Positions 1 through 9,509 of a stretch of 45,891 nt of DNA are shown in pieces (position 1 is the stretch's first letter; each line of letters begins with the position of its first letter). Source of the DNA: Eubacteriales bacterium (lineage in GTDB: Bacteria; Bacillota; Clostridia; Oscillospirales; CAG-272); assembly GCA_045653745.1 (NCBI GenBank), contig JAZOMD010000109.1, positions 1 to 45,891 of the forward strand. Reading direction: 5' to 3'. Position numbers and translations under genes: made by a program. The notes below the pieces were generated by a model. It was not told the origin of the DNA, did no database searches, and worked only from the letters and a program-made list of their open reading frames with translations.

Positions 1-3000
1 TAAGCAGTGAAGGAAACGTATACCTTGCCTGCTGCGTATTCGTCAGCGGTGATTTCTACGGTGTTCTGCTCACCGTCGTATATATTCTGCTTGATGGTGA
101 TCTCGTCGCTTTCGCCACCTTCGTCCTCGCCGCCCTCGTCGCCGCCTGCGCCGCCTGCGAAGGAAACGTTGATTACGAACTCGCCTGCATTGTTCCAGGT
201 GCCAAGACCTACTCTGTAAGTCTTGCCTGCCTCAACGGTGATTGACATTTCGGTGCCCTGGCTACCGGTGCCGTTGTTCGCGGTGGTGTTGTTGCCGTTC
301 ATCTCGAACCAGTCACCCCAAGAGTCACCGGATACCCAAGTAAAGGTAACGGTACCGTTCCCGGTGGCGGTAAAGAGATAGTAAATCTTGTTGATAGTAT
401 CGGAGTTTATAGTTACCGACTCGGGGAGAGTATCCCAAACGTAAGGATTGCCTTCGCTTCCGTCGCCCTCACCGGTAGAAGGTGCGGTGTAGGTAACGTT
501 AACGGTGAACGAGCCTGCAGTGCTCATTATATTAACGAACGTAACGGTGTAGGTACCGGGAGCGAGAGTAACCTGACCTCTACCGATCTGCATACCCGTA
601 GAATCAAAGAAGATAGCGAGAAGGTCGCCGGATACGGTGTAAGTACCGTCTGCGTCTGCAACGAAGGTGTAGCTCTTGCCGTCAGCAAGATCGGCATCTT
701 CAAGGACTATGGTGTTCGAGCCGAGATTAAGCACGGGGAGAGAGGGTGCGGGATCGTCGCCATCGTCACCGCCCTCGTCACCGCCCTCGGGTGCGGTGGT
801 GGAAAGAGCAAGCTCAGCGCTATAAACGAACACGGAGGGTTTTCCGTCGGGACCGAATTTGAGGTATCCGAAATACTGAGCCATACTGTTGGTGTCGTCG
901 TAAGGCGGGTTGCCGTTAAGAGTGTAGGTAACCTTGCCTGCTTCGATAACGTAGGTGTAGTTCTGCACAACGCTGCCTGAGGTGTAGGTCATAGTGCCGT
1001 CAGAGTTGATAACGAGCACGCCGTCAGCGGTGTAATAAGTACCGGAGATGTCAGCCGCGATATTGCCGCTGCCCTCGCCTTCGCCGCCTTCGCCGCCGCC
1101 AACGTTACCCTCGCCGCCTTCGACCTCGCAAGCAACGAATCCAACGCCGATCTCCCATACTACGTTCTTAGTAGTTGCGCCAACCTTGAAGGAGATGGAA
1201 GCGCCAGCCTTAAGCTCGAAGTTTACGTAGCCTCCGTTAGGTGCGATATTGTAGTCAACTGCGGGCTCCTGCTCGCCGTCAATCCAAAGACCAAGTCCTG
1301 CAGGAACGGTAAGAGAATACGCGCCCTCTGCCGGAGCGGTAAAGGTGTATGCATCCTCCCATGCGTAAGTATCCGTCGTAACTACGTAATACTTAGTTGC
1401 AGTATTTTCGGGAACTACAAGCTCGGACACAGTGGGAACGGTGATAATAATGGTCTTGGTAATCTTACCGAAGTTAACGGTAACGGTGTACTCGCCGGGA
1501 TCTGCAACCTTGAAGGTAATGCAATCCATATATGAGGAGTAGCTGGGTCTTACGAATTCCTCATCATTCCAAAGGATACCGGCATCGCCCGTCTTGTTGT
1601 TAACGAACGACATAGAGAAGTCGTTAACGTCAAGCGCGCTCGCAGTAGCGGTTACGGGAACGAGAGAGGAAAGATGGAGACGAACGTACTCGTCCTTAGC
1701 AAGAGTAAGGTCGATAATACCGTCCTCGTTGGTATCAACGATAGGAGTCTCGCTAGTAATGTACATACTACCGCTTTCGGGATCGGTATCGGTACCGGTT
1801 ACGTAGGAGAGACCGAAATCGGTGGGGATAAGAGAGGTCTTCGGATAGATAGTGGTGTAGGTTCTCTCGCCCGATCTCTGGCTTACGGAGTATGCGTAGA
1901 TAGAGGGAGTTGCGGTATCGAGGAGAGTAACGGTGTTGTTCACGGGATCATAGGTGATGTCGTTATCGACCTCCCAGTTTCTGTAGGAAGAAATAGCGAA
2001 GTCAGCGCGATTGATAACCCCAAGATCGTCAACGGTGAACTCGATTGCTACGCCGTAGAGATAAACCTGATACTGGGTAGTGTCGTCGCTCATCTCGGTA
2101 GCGTTAACGGTGAAGTATCTGAACTCTACGTTGTAAATACCGGTTTTGGCATCGTAGGACTCGGTGAAGCCCGAAACGTTGGTTCCCGCCTCGGCAATTC
2201 CGTAGATAGCGTAAAGGGTATTTGCAAGAGTAGAGGTATCAACGTCGGTGCCGGGAAGAATTCCGCCGGGCTGATAGGTGTAGCCGCTGAGGAACTGCTC
2301 GTCGCCTGCGGCAACCTCAATAACGTTGGAGCCTGCTACCATCTGTACTGCAAACACCTCCTCGTCGGAAATGCGCTCGTACCACTGATGGTCGCCGCCG
2401 ACGAAGTCGCCGTTCATATCGAAGGTCTTGTAGAATATGTAGGAATCGCTGTTACCGAGAACGAAGTAAACCTCGTTGGTCTGAGCATTCTCGACGACAA
2501 GATTTGCGGCAGTACCGCCGTAAACTATCTGTCCTGCGATTACGTTACCGTCGATAACCTTACCGTTCTGCGCAACTGCGGCAGCAAGAACGGCAGCGAT
2601 ATCGGTCTTATCAACCTCTTTCACCTTAGCCTCACAAACGGTACAGTAGCCCGCTGCGTTCAGCTCGTGAGCCGCCTTGTCAGCAACCTCTACGCTGTGC
2701 TCACAGAGAGCTGCGTGCCAGTGATATTCACCGTCACCCGACCATTCGTCGTCGTAGTAGTGGTTGTGAATGTCTCTGATTACGTAGAAGCAATCGTCAC
2801 ACTTGCCGTCGTCGTCAGCGTCAGCGTGAGCTGCTACGTCTGCACCTACAGCCAAGTGGCCGCAATCAGCCGCGTGCCAGTGATTAACGCAGTCAACAGT
2901 CCATTCTTCAGCGTACGAATGTCCGTCTGCACAAGCCATCTTGTATTCGCAAACGTCACATGCGCCATCATTGTTTTTGTCTGCATGGGCGAGCTTTACT

Positions 3001-3173
3001 TCAGTAACGTCCTCGCACTCGCAGGTCGCAGCATACCAGTGTCCCGAAGCGTCCGACGTCCAGGTCTCGGCAAAGGTATGTACGTGTGGGGTTCCTTCTC
3101 CCGTGCCGGCACACGATGCGAGAGCAACTACGCAAAGCATAAGCGCGAGAAGAAGAGCAAGTACTCTTTTCAT
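1..3173 (-). CDS. Large surface lipoprotein (at least 1057 aa, runs off the left edge) with three N-terminal His/Cys-rich repeats and several beta-sandwich domains separated by G/E/D linkers
   Basis: Hand translation from ATG at 3173 (AGGAGG RBS upstream) gives MKRVLALLLALMLCVVALAS-C-AGTGEG, a lipobox LASC. The frame stays open to the window edge, so the ORF track omits it. It has its own sigma-A promoter at 3287-3315. Confidence 0.9.
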   Translation of the reverse strand, partial: MKRVLALLLALMLCVVALASCAGTGEGTPHVHTFAETWTSDASGHWYAATCECEDVTEVKLAHADKNNDGACDVCEYKMACADGHSYAEEWTVDCVNHWHAADCGHLAVGADVAAHADADDDGKCDDCFYVIRDIHNHYYDDEWSGDGEYHWHAALCEHSVEVADKAAHELNAAGYCTVCEAKVKEVDKTDIAAVLAAAVAQNGKVIDGNVIAGQIVYGGTAANLVVENAQTNEVYFVLGNSDSYIFYKTFDMNGDFVGGDHQWYERISDEEVFAVQMVAGSNVIEVAAGDEQFLSGYTYQPGGILPGTDVDTSTLANTLYAIYGIAEAGTNVSGFTESYDAKTGIYNVEFRYFTVNATEMSDDTTQYQVYLYGVAIEFTVDDLGVINRADFAISSYRNWEVDNDITYDPVNNTVTLLDTATPSIYAYSVSQRSGERTYTTIYPKTSLIPTDFGLSYVTGTDTDPESGSMYITSETPIVDTNEDGIIDLTLAKDEYVRLHLSSLVPVTATASALDVNDFSMSFVNNKTGDAGILWNDEEFVRPSYSSYMDCITFKVADPGEYTVTVNFGKITKTIIITVPTVSELVVPENTATKYYVVTTDTYAWEDAYTFTAPAEGAYSLTVPAGLGLWIDGEQEPAVDYNIAPNGGYVNFELKAGASISFKVGATTKNVVWEIGVGFVACEVEGGEGNVGGGEGGEGEGSGNIAADISGTYYTADGVLVINSDGTMTYTSGSVVQNYTYVIEAGKVTYTLNGNPPYDDTNSMAQYFGYLKFGPDGKPSVFVYSAELALSTTAPEGGDEGGDDGDDPAPSLPVLNLGSNTIVLEDADLADGKSYTFVADADGTYTVSGDLLAIFFDSTGMQIGRGQVTLAPGTYTVTFVNIMSTAGSFTVNVTYTAPSTGEGDGSEGNPYVWDTLPESVTINSDTINKIYYLFTATGNGTVTFTWVSGDSWGDWFEMNGNNTTANNGTGSQGTEMSITVEAGKTYRVGLGTWNNAGEFVINVSFAGGAGGDEGGEDEGGESDEITIKQNIYDGEQNTVEITADEYAAGKVYVSFTA
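2634..3086 (-). repeat. Three approximately 50-aa His/Cys repeats (HxH/H...W..D...HW.AA.C.[CH]...H...CxxC)
   Basis: HVHTFAETWTSDASGHWYAATCECEDVTEVKLAHADKNNDGACDVC / GHSYAEEWTVDCVNHWHAADCGHLAVGADVAAHADADDDGKCDDC / HNHYYDDEWSGDGEYHWHAALCEHSVEVADKAAHELNAAGYCTVC. Confidence 0.85.
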
Positions 3174-3286
3174 TTTAGAGCCTCCTTAAAATTTATATTT
3201 TGTTTTGCGAAAAAACATTTTTCCCCGTTTTTATCCTACCGCCACGCCTTACCGTTCATAGGGTGTGGATAAAATTGGGTATAAAT

Positions 3287-3315
3287 ATTATACAGCAGTA
3301 TACTTTAAAAATCAA
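3287..3315 (-). promoter_or_regulatory. Sigma-A promoter for the large lipoprotein
   Basis: Minus strand TTGATT-17 bp-TATAAT. Confidence 0.7.
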
Positions 3316-3410
3316 GATATTTTTACAAAATAGTTAACGATATGTGAAGATTTGTGCAAACTTCACCTTTCCTCTTTCCAAAAAAAGGCACGACGCTCAA
3401 AGAAGCGCTA

Positions 3411-5024
3411 TTATTTTTTCTCGTAGTAAGCACAGGCGAAAAGCCAGCCTGATTCGCCGATTGCCTGATATTTCTTTCCGTCAAGCTCGTCTTGCTCAAA
3501 TCTTCCCGCACCGTCGTAGAAGAATAGCTCCTTCATGCAGTAGGCGTACAGGAAATCGCGCAGCTCTTCCGTCACCGGAACGAGTCCGTCGGAGTTACAG
3601 TAGTACTGATAGCCTTCAAATCCGACAAGCTCCGGAGGGCACGGGCGGCAATCCCGGTCACAGTTCGAGCAGCCTACGAGGTTGCCGTTGCCGTCGCGCG
3701 TGGCAGCGCAAGCCCAACCCGTATCGGTTTCGGCATTATGACAGGTACAGTCGGTAACGCAGAAATAGCTTCCGTCGTTTACGCTGCCTATGGTTGAAAG
3801 ATGCGTATATCCTTCAATGAGGACCTTATAGTTGTATCCGCCTGCCGTAAGCGCACTGTTGAGTGACTCGCTTGAATCACCCTCATACTCTATTCTGTTG
3901 AACGGCCGCCCGATGAAACGGGTGCTCTCGGTGATATAAGCGTAAAGTATCGGACCGTAGCCGTCGGTCTCGGGATATTTCTCCTTACTGTAGAGGTGAT
4001 AAAATCCGTCTCCGCCGTCGTTTTCGTCCCACATTTTATACAGCCGCTCGTCAAAAACGTAAACGTTCGAAGCTTCATTCAGCCTGTATTCGGGAACGGC
4101 AATGCGATACTCCTCGTCACTGTACTCATGCTCGGATTTTACGAAATCGGAAAAATCGTGAGTAGGAACGGCGAGTCCTCCCTTCGCGACGTCCGTTCCC
4201 TCGGGATACTCAAAGGCGCCGTCGCGCTTTATGGCAAAGGTGACGGTAACCGGATATTTGTTGTTCTTTTCGTCCGCCTTTATCGCAAAGATGTAGTTAT
4301 TTCCAACCTGATCCTCGGTCAGCTTTACGGTATGCAAGAAGTTTATCGTGTAGCTGCCGACGCTGCCACCGTCGTCTATGGTGCGCTGATACCGATTCCA
4401 CGCAAACGAGCCGATGTAAACGTCCATATACGGATTCACGTTATCGGCTTCGGTGTCGACCCAGCTCTCAATGCTGTAAACTCCGTTTTCGGACGGAGAG
4501 TACATAAAGTATATCGCACTGTCCGGGCCGTCAAGCGTTGCCGCGTAAACACCGGTTTTGGAAATCGGATGGCCGCTCATAGAGCCCGTGCCGGTGCCCG
4601 TAAGAATGTTGAGCGTATGAAGCTCGAGCACCACGTTACGGTTATCGTTAGTCGCAATATTTGAGTTGGGGTCGTAGGTATATTCGTTGGGGACGGCGGA
4701 GAGCGTTACCCTATAATCGCCGTCGAGCCCGTCTATTCTGGCGGTGCCCTCCGAGTCAAACTTCGAGGTGTGAACGCTGTAACCGTCGCTCCAAAGAGCA
4801 AACATTTCCATTCTCGGAGAATAGGGCTCGCCGTCGGCGAGGAGAGTTACGGTAAAGTCGTCTGTCGGGTCGTCATTCATTGAAGGCGGCGTATAACCGT
4901 CCGTTCCGCCCTCGCCCCCTCCACCGCCGCCGGAGGGAGTGACGTATTCACCCGAGCAGGCGACCGTGGAAAGAAGCGCGGAAGCAATCAATGCTATTGC
5001 TAATAGTTTTTTCAAAATTTTCAC
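3411..5024 (-). CDS. Lipoprotein: prealbumin/Cna-B-like domain, beta-sandwich, and an unrecognised DGFYH...CxYY domain with an 8-Cys insert
   Basis: GTG start with AAGGGGG RBS; lipobox TVAC; 11 bp downstream of the vWA gene; motifs DGFYHL..GPILYAY, GLVPVTEELRDFL and WLFACAYY are shared with 16333-17709 and 17833-20697. Confidence 0.85.
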   Translation of the reverse strand: MKILKKLLAIALIASALLSTVACSGEYVTPSGGGGGGEGGTDGYTPPSMNDDPTDDFTVTLLADGEPYSPRMEMFALWSDGYSVHTSKFDSEGTARIDGLDGDYRVTLSAVPNEYTYDPNSNIATNDNRNVVLELHTLNILTGTGTGSMSGHPISKTGVYAATLDGPDSAIYFMYSPSENGVYSIESWVDTEADNVNPYMDVYIGSFAWNRYQRTIDDGGSVGSYTINFLHTVKLTEDQVGNNYIFAIKADEKNNKYPVTVTFAIKRDGAFEYPEGTDVAKGGLAVPTHDFSDFVKSEHEYSDEEYRIAVPEYRLNEASNVYVFDERLYKMWDENDGGDGFYHLYSKEKYPETDGYGPILYAYITESTRFIGRPFNRIEYEGDSSESLNSALTAGGYNYKVLIEGYTHLSTIGSVNDGSYFCVTDCTCHNAETDTGWACAATRDGNGNLVGCSNCDRDCRPCPPELVGFEGYQYYCNSDGLVPVTEELRDFLYAYCMKELFFYDGAGRFEQDELDGKKYQAIGESGWLFACAYYEKK

Positions 5025-5035
5025 ATTGTGCCCCC

Positions 5036-7687
5036 TTAAGTAAACTTTTGTTTGCTTTTCGCTCTGTTTATGCGTAATTTCCTTGCCACGATGTCAATAA
5101 CAAATAGCGCTGACGCCGCAATAAGAAGCGGTATAACGTAGCTTTGCTTGTAGAGAGACACCTCGCTCATATCCGTTTTGAGACTGGGTATTTCTCCGAC
5201 GGCAGTTGTGCCGTTATCACGCATAAACCGATATACGTTGTATTTATCGAAGCTTGCAAACATATCGTATTCCGGAAGATAAGCAAGCTCTATTTGGGTA
5301 TTATAGACGTAGGTGTTTTGCCCCGTAGCGTAGGTGATGGAAAGTCTGTAGGTTCCCACCTCTTCGGTAGCAAGGGTGAAGAAATGCTTCGAGCCGTCGT
5401 AGGTAAGAGTGCGGGATATCGTTCTTCCGCCGGGGAAGATTATTCTCATCGAAGCGCTCGCCAACGGGTCAATAACCGCAGGAACAAGCTCCACGTACGC
5501 GTTATATTCCGTGCGCTCCACGTTTACGGAAAGCGGAAGCTCTATTCTTTCAGAGGGGGTATTGCTGAGAAGAAGATTAGATAAGAATTTGCTTCTTTCA
5601 TCTTCACTCCACCTCTCGGTCCACGCATCCGAAAGCGAGGTTGCAAGGCTGGCTACCCTGCCGTTTCCGTGAGAGCGGTAAGCGTAGAGAGGAACCGTCT
5701 CCTGATAACCGTTTTCCTTAAGATAAGTAACGGTAAGCGGAACGGTGGCATCGTATTTAGCGACCGAAAGAATGTAGCCCGAAACCTTCGAGAGAGAAGT
5801 AATTCCGCTGAGAATACCATCTCCGGGCTTAGCAAGAGAAACGGATGAATCCTTGCGTATCACTACGTCGGCAAAACTCTCCGCTACACTTCCAAAAACC
5901 ACGCCGGATACGTCCTCGAGCCTGTTAAGTCGGTAAAAATTACCGCCCTCGCCTGCATTTACGACATTGTAAAGATAGGTTTCTCCTGCTGGGTCGTCGG
6001 TGTTGGAATAGATGTTTACAGCCGATACCGCAGCCCCCTTTGCATAAAGGTCGGCGGCTACCTCAAGTGCCGTTCTGTCGCTATCAAAGCTGAGTCCGTC
6101 AGAAAGAATCATTACCTGATTATGCGAAAGGTTAAGCGCATTCACCGCCGCGAGAGCCTCCTCAAGTCCAAGACCTATATCGGTTCCGTGCGAAGACGTA
6201 ATTTCGTTGATATACGAGATAAGCTCGTCCTTACAATCCCCTGCTCTTCTCGGGATTTTAACGTTAATTTTGCCCGAGAAGGTAACGAGGCAGACGTAAT
6301 CGTCGTCTTCTATAACCGAAAGGAGCTTTATCGCGGTATCCTTAGCCATGTTGAGCTTATCAGCCATAAACATACTGTGAGATGCATCGAGGAGTATCGT
6401 ATAGAGTCTTCCGTCCGTTCCCGTGCTTCCGAAATCCACGGGAAGAATCTCCTCAAGCCTCTTAAAGGTAGAGTCGTCGGAATTTGTATGAAGCTCGAGA
6501 TTTCCAAGAGTTATAAGACTTTTCCCGTACTGGGACACAACCGTGGAAACGGTGTCTATGAATGCGTTCGCGTTTCTTATATCTCTAACGTCAAGGTTAG
6601 AAAGAATTATTTCATCGTACTTTATAAGCGCCTCGACGTTTACGGGAACGCGGTCGTTATTTCCCACGACGTAGCTGTCGACGGTTACGCTCTCGCCCTG
6701 CATAGCTCTTATCAGCTGCTCGTCTGCGTAGCTTCCCGTAACGAGAAGAATATTTTTGCTCCCCACCACCTTCTGCGTAAAGGTGCAAGCGTTATTGTAC
6801 TCGGAAAGATCGTCCTCGCTCTCCAGAGTGGCTTTATACTCAAAGGAGCCGACCAGGTCTGCCGGGAGTGCCATTCTAACGGTTGTAAGACCGGAATCGG
6901 CGCTTATTACCGTATCTGCTATCAGCTCGAATTCAGCATCGGCACCCTCGTCAATCGACCTTCTGTAAAGGCTGAAAACGGCGTCAAGCTTTGACGAGGA
7001 CTGAATAAGGAACCTCGCTTCGCTTTTGTGGTTGAGATACGCCGTGGCAGACGCCTCGCAGTCAAGAAGCTGAATCTCCTTTTCGTCCTCCGAAAGAGAG
7101 TTGTCAAGAAAGATTGCGTCTATTTTTATACCGTTTTCGGTGATATTTTCTACCGCCTCGGCAATAGACGAAACGCTGTTACCCGTCGTATCGTTTCCGT
7201 CCGTGATAAGGACTATCCTCTTCAAGGAATCGCCACCAAAAAGCCCTGCCGTGAAGGTAAGCGCACCGACTATATCGGTTGCGCTCTCGTCAACGTTCGC
7301 CTCGGAAACACTTTTCAGCGTCCTTCCAGCCGGAGTCAGTATAACGCAGTCCTTTCCGAAGCAGACGACGCCCAGCTCCGAGTTTTCGGGAAGAGAACTC
7401 TTGATTTTGTCGACGTATGCGTCTATTTCCTCTTGTTTTCTTTCGGAAGAATAGGAGGTATCCGCAAGAACGTATACCGTGGTTTTCGTAAGAACGCGCG
7501 TACTTGAAAGACCTGCGACCGCAAGGGTCACGAGCACGCCGATAACAAGGTGAATAAAGAGCGATGCAGTCCAGCCTATTGAACGGTTATCTTTATTCCT
7601 TATGAGGATAAAAGGAATTATGAAAACGAGTGCAACAGGTATTATCAGCAAAAGCAGATAAGGGTTATCGAAGCTGATATTTTTCAT
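5036..7687 (-). CDS. Membrane protein with two vWA domains and a split class-I glutamine amidotransferase-like domain (MoxR/Bat-associated)
   Basis: N-terminal double TM (FDNPYLLLL), MIDAS-like DTSYS and DASHS, LITDGND and ILSDG, C-terminal TM. Start moved to MKNISF (7687), which overlaps the upstream stop. Confidence 0.88.
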   Translation of the reverse strand: MKNISFDNPYLLLLIIPVALVFIIPFILIRNKDNRSIGWTASLFIHLVIGVLVTLAVAGLSSTRVLTKTTVYVLADTSYSSERKQEEIDAYVDKIKSSLPENSELGVVCFGKDCVILTPAGRTLKSVSEANVDESATDIVGALTFTAGLFGGDSLKRIVLITDGNDTTGNSVSSIAEAVENITENGIKIDAIFLDNSLSEDEKEIQLLDCEASATAYLNHKSEARFLIQSSSKLDAVFSLYRRSIDEGADAEFELIADTVISADSGLTTVRMALPADLVGSFEYKATLESEDDLSEYNNACTFTQKVVGSKNILLVTGSYADEQLIRAMQGESVTVDSYVVGNNDRVPVNVEALIKYDEIILSNLDVRDIRNANAFIDTVSTVVSQYGKSLITLGNLELHTNSDDSTFKRLEEILPVDFGSTGTDGRLYTILLDASHSMFMADKLNMAKDTAIKLLSVIEDDDYVCLVTFSGKINVKIPRRAGDCKDELISYINEITSSHGTDIGLGLEEALAAVNALNLSHNQVMILSDGLSFDSDRTALEVAADLYAKGAAVSAVNIYSNTDDPAGETYLYNVVNAGEGGNFYRLNRLEDVSGVVFGSVAESFADVVIRKDSSVSLAKPGDGILSGITSLSKVSGYILSVAKYDATVPLTVTYLKENGYQETVPLYAYRSHGNGRVASLATSLSDAWTERWSEDERSKFLSNLLLSNTPSERIELPLSVNVERTEYNAYVELVPAVIDPLASASMRIIFPGGRTISRTLTYDGSKHFFTLATEEVGTYRLSITYATGQNTYVYNTQIELAYLPEYDMFASFDKYNVYRFMRDNGTTAVGEIPSLKTDMSEVSLYKQSYVIPLLIAASALFVIDIVARKLRINRAKSKQKFT

Positions 7688-9509
7688 AGCAATATACCCC
7701 CCAATCTGCAACGAACAGTGCTCCGAGAATAATAAAGAGCAAAATCAATGCATCGTATTTTCCGTCGATGCCGCCCTCGGTTCTTTCACCGGAAAGCGTA
7801 AAATCGCTCTCCTCGGTTACGGGCGCACTTTCCTCCGGGTCCGCCCCTGCAAAAATCTTATAAGTAACCTCCTTGCCGGCAATCGTAGCACCGACGGTAT
7901 AAACGCCGACCTCGTCAAGAAGTATATTCGATGTAGCCGACGCGATATCAACGAAGATGCTCTCTCCGGAGGGCGACTCCGCTTTATACCCCTCTGCGGT
8001 GGGTAAAATGTTTATTACCGCATCCTCGCCGACGGTGTAGCGAACCTTGTCAACGACGCTCGGGAATGAGTATTCAATAAGATTTCCGAGGAGTACCACG
8101 AAGTCCGATTTGAGTGCGAAGTCGGATTCGTGAAGATCAAAGCCGAAGACGACCTGTCTGTTACCGACTCCGTTGGTACCCGCGAATATAAGCGGATTTC
8201 CCTCGTAGCTGAAAAGCGTGGTGAATTTCAGATACATACCGCTGTATTTGAGGTATTTCGAAATATAAATGTCTTTGCCCGAGACGCCCTCAAGCAGCTT
8301 TCGCGCCGTGGTTGCCGACGAGCTCGACTTCTCAATAACGTCAGCCGTTTTAAGGCTGTTCTTCGACCTTACGTCAAAGCCCGAGTCTGCAATATTTTTA
8401 TCACAGTTCACGAGCCATACCGAGCCGCTCGGCAGCTCGCTCGGCGAATACGCATCGAAGATGTAAAGACCGTATTCCTCGGTTTCCTTCTCGTAATCCT
8501 CAGGATCTATTACCTTGACGGAGGCATCTGTAAGTGCATCAATTACCGCCTCAAAGAAAAATCCCGTTTCGCTTACGATAAGAACGCTGTACGATTTGTC
8601 CGATTGAGGATTATACTCGGTGACGGTGTTGTCAAGAGCGTATCCGTCTTTGTTTGCAACGGTCACGGAAAATCCCGAAAACGAATCAACCGAAGCTTCA
8701 ATGGTTGCCGCAGTCATTTCTCCGGCCTTTACCGACACGGTCTTTTCCGAAAGCTCCTTTCCGTCAACGACGAGCTTCAGCACGAGGTCGGCATCGCTGA
8801 TATACGATACCGCGTTCACGCTTGCCGTAAGCTTCGAGCCCGTGTGGGAATACCCGAGATCGAAAACTCCGTAGTTTTCCATATTGGCAGAGCCGACGCT
8901 GATTATTTCCAGATTTCCGTATTCGGCATAGCTTTTGTCGGTGACTAAGTAAATGAGCGCAGAGGTATTTCCGTCAAACTCCTTCTGCACCGTACCGATA
9001 AGGCTCTCGTGCGAGAGCGCCGTATGAGAGGGCTCCGCTTCCCTTACGAGTCCGATAGCACTGTCCTTATCGCTTACGCCGTCAAAGAGCACCACGGTCT
9101 CGTCTGCCGCACAAACGAGCTTATAGGTGCTACCGTCGCTTGAGCGCTTTATAACGTCGATTATCTCGTCCTTAGCCTTTTCAAATCGGCTCTCGCGCCC
9201 CTCTATCATATTCATACTTCCCGACGAGTCAAGCACGAAGCAATAATCCTTTGCTGCTCCGGGAAGCGTGAAAACGGGACGGGCTATTGCAAGTGAGATT
9301 GCCGCCACGGTAAGTATCTGAAGAATAAGACTGATTAGTCCCGTGATTGCACTCAGAGGATTTCTTCGCTTCAGGAATTTATCGCTGAGATGCCATATGT
9401 AAGTAGACGGAACAGTCTGCTCGGTGTACTTGCTTCTGAGAATGTATATCACGATTATTATCGGGATAGCAATAAGACCCAGAAGACCAAGGGGATAAGT
9501 AAAAGTCAT
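7665..9509 (-). CDS. BatA-type N-terminal double-TM plus vWA domain protein
   Basis: MTFTYPLGLLGLIAIPIIIVIYIL...VPSTYIW...ARP is the BatA N-terminal pattern; MIDAS DSSGS; C-terminal TM. Confidence 0.88.
   Translation of the reverse strand: MTFTYPLGLLGLIAIPIIIVIYILRSKYTEQTVPSTYIWHLSDKFLKRRNPLSAITGLISLILQILTVAAISLAIARPVFTLPGAAKDYCFVLDSSGSMNMIEGRESRFEKAKDEIIDVIKRSSDGSTYKLVCAADETVVLFDGVSDKDSAIGLVREAEPSHTALSHESLIGTVQKEFDGNTSALIYLVTDKSYAEYGNLEIISVGSANMENYGVFDLGYSHTGSKLTASVNAVSYISDADLVLKLVVDGKELSEKTVSVKAGEMTAATIEASVDSFSGFSVTVANKDGYALDNTVTEYNPQSDKSYSVLIVSETGFFFEAVIDALTDASVKVIDPEDYEKETEEYGLYIFDAYSPSELPSGSVWLVNCDKNIADSGFDVRSKNSLKTADVIEKSSSSATTARKLLEGVSGKDIYISKYLKYSGMYLKFTTLFSYEGNPLIFAGTNGVGNRQVVFGFDLHESDFALKSDFVVLLGNLIEYSFPSVVDKVRYTVGEDAVINILPTAEGYKAESPSGESIFVDIASATSNILLDEVGVYTVGATIAGKEVTYKIFAGADPEESAPVTEESDFTLSGERTEGGIDGKYDALILLFIILGALFVADWGVYCYEKYQLR

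Noticed and set aside
100-1125. Short GCC/CTC/GTC-rich repeats (about 105-160, 753-790, 1065-1125)
   Set aside because: They encode Gly/Glu/Asp linkers in the lipoprotein and are not CRISPR repeats or a regular VNTR.
1674-3272. 532-aa plus-strand ORF
   Set aside because: Antisense shadow of the minus-strand lipoprotein, which has the RBS, promoter, lipobox and sensible domains.
2634-3761. Multiheme cytochrome interpretation of the Cys/His-rich segments
   Set aside because: No CxxCH motifs (CDVCE, CDDCF, CTVCE; CTCH is CxCH) and no cytochrome c maturation genes in the window.
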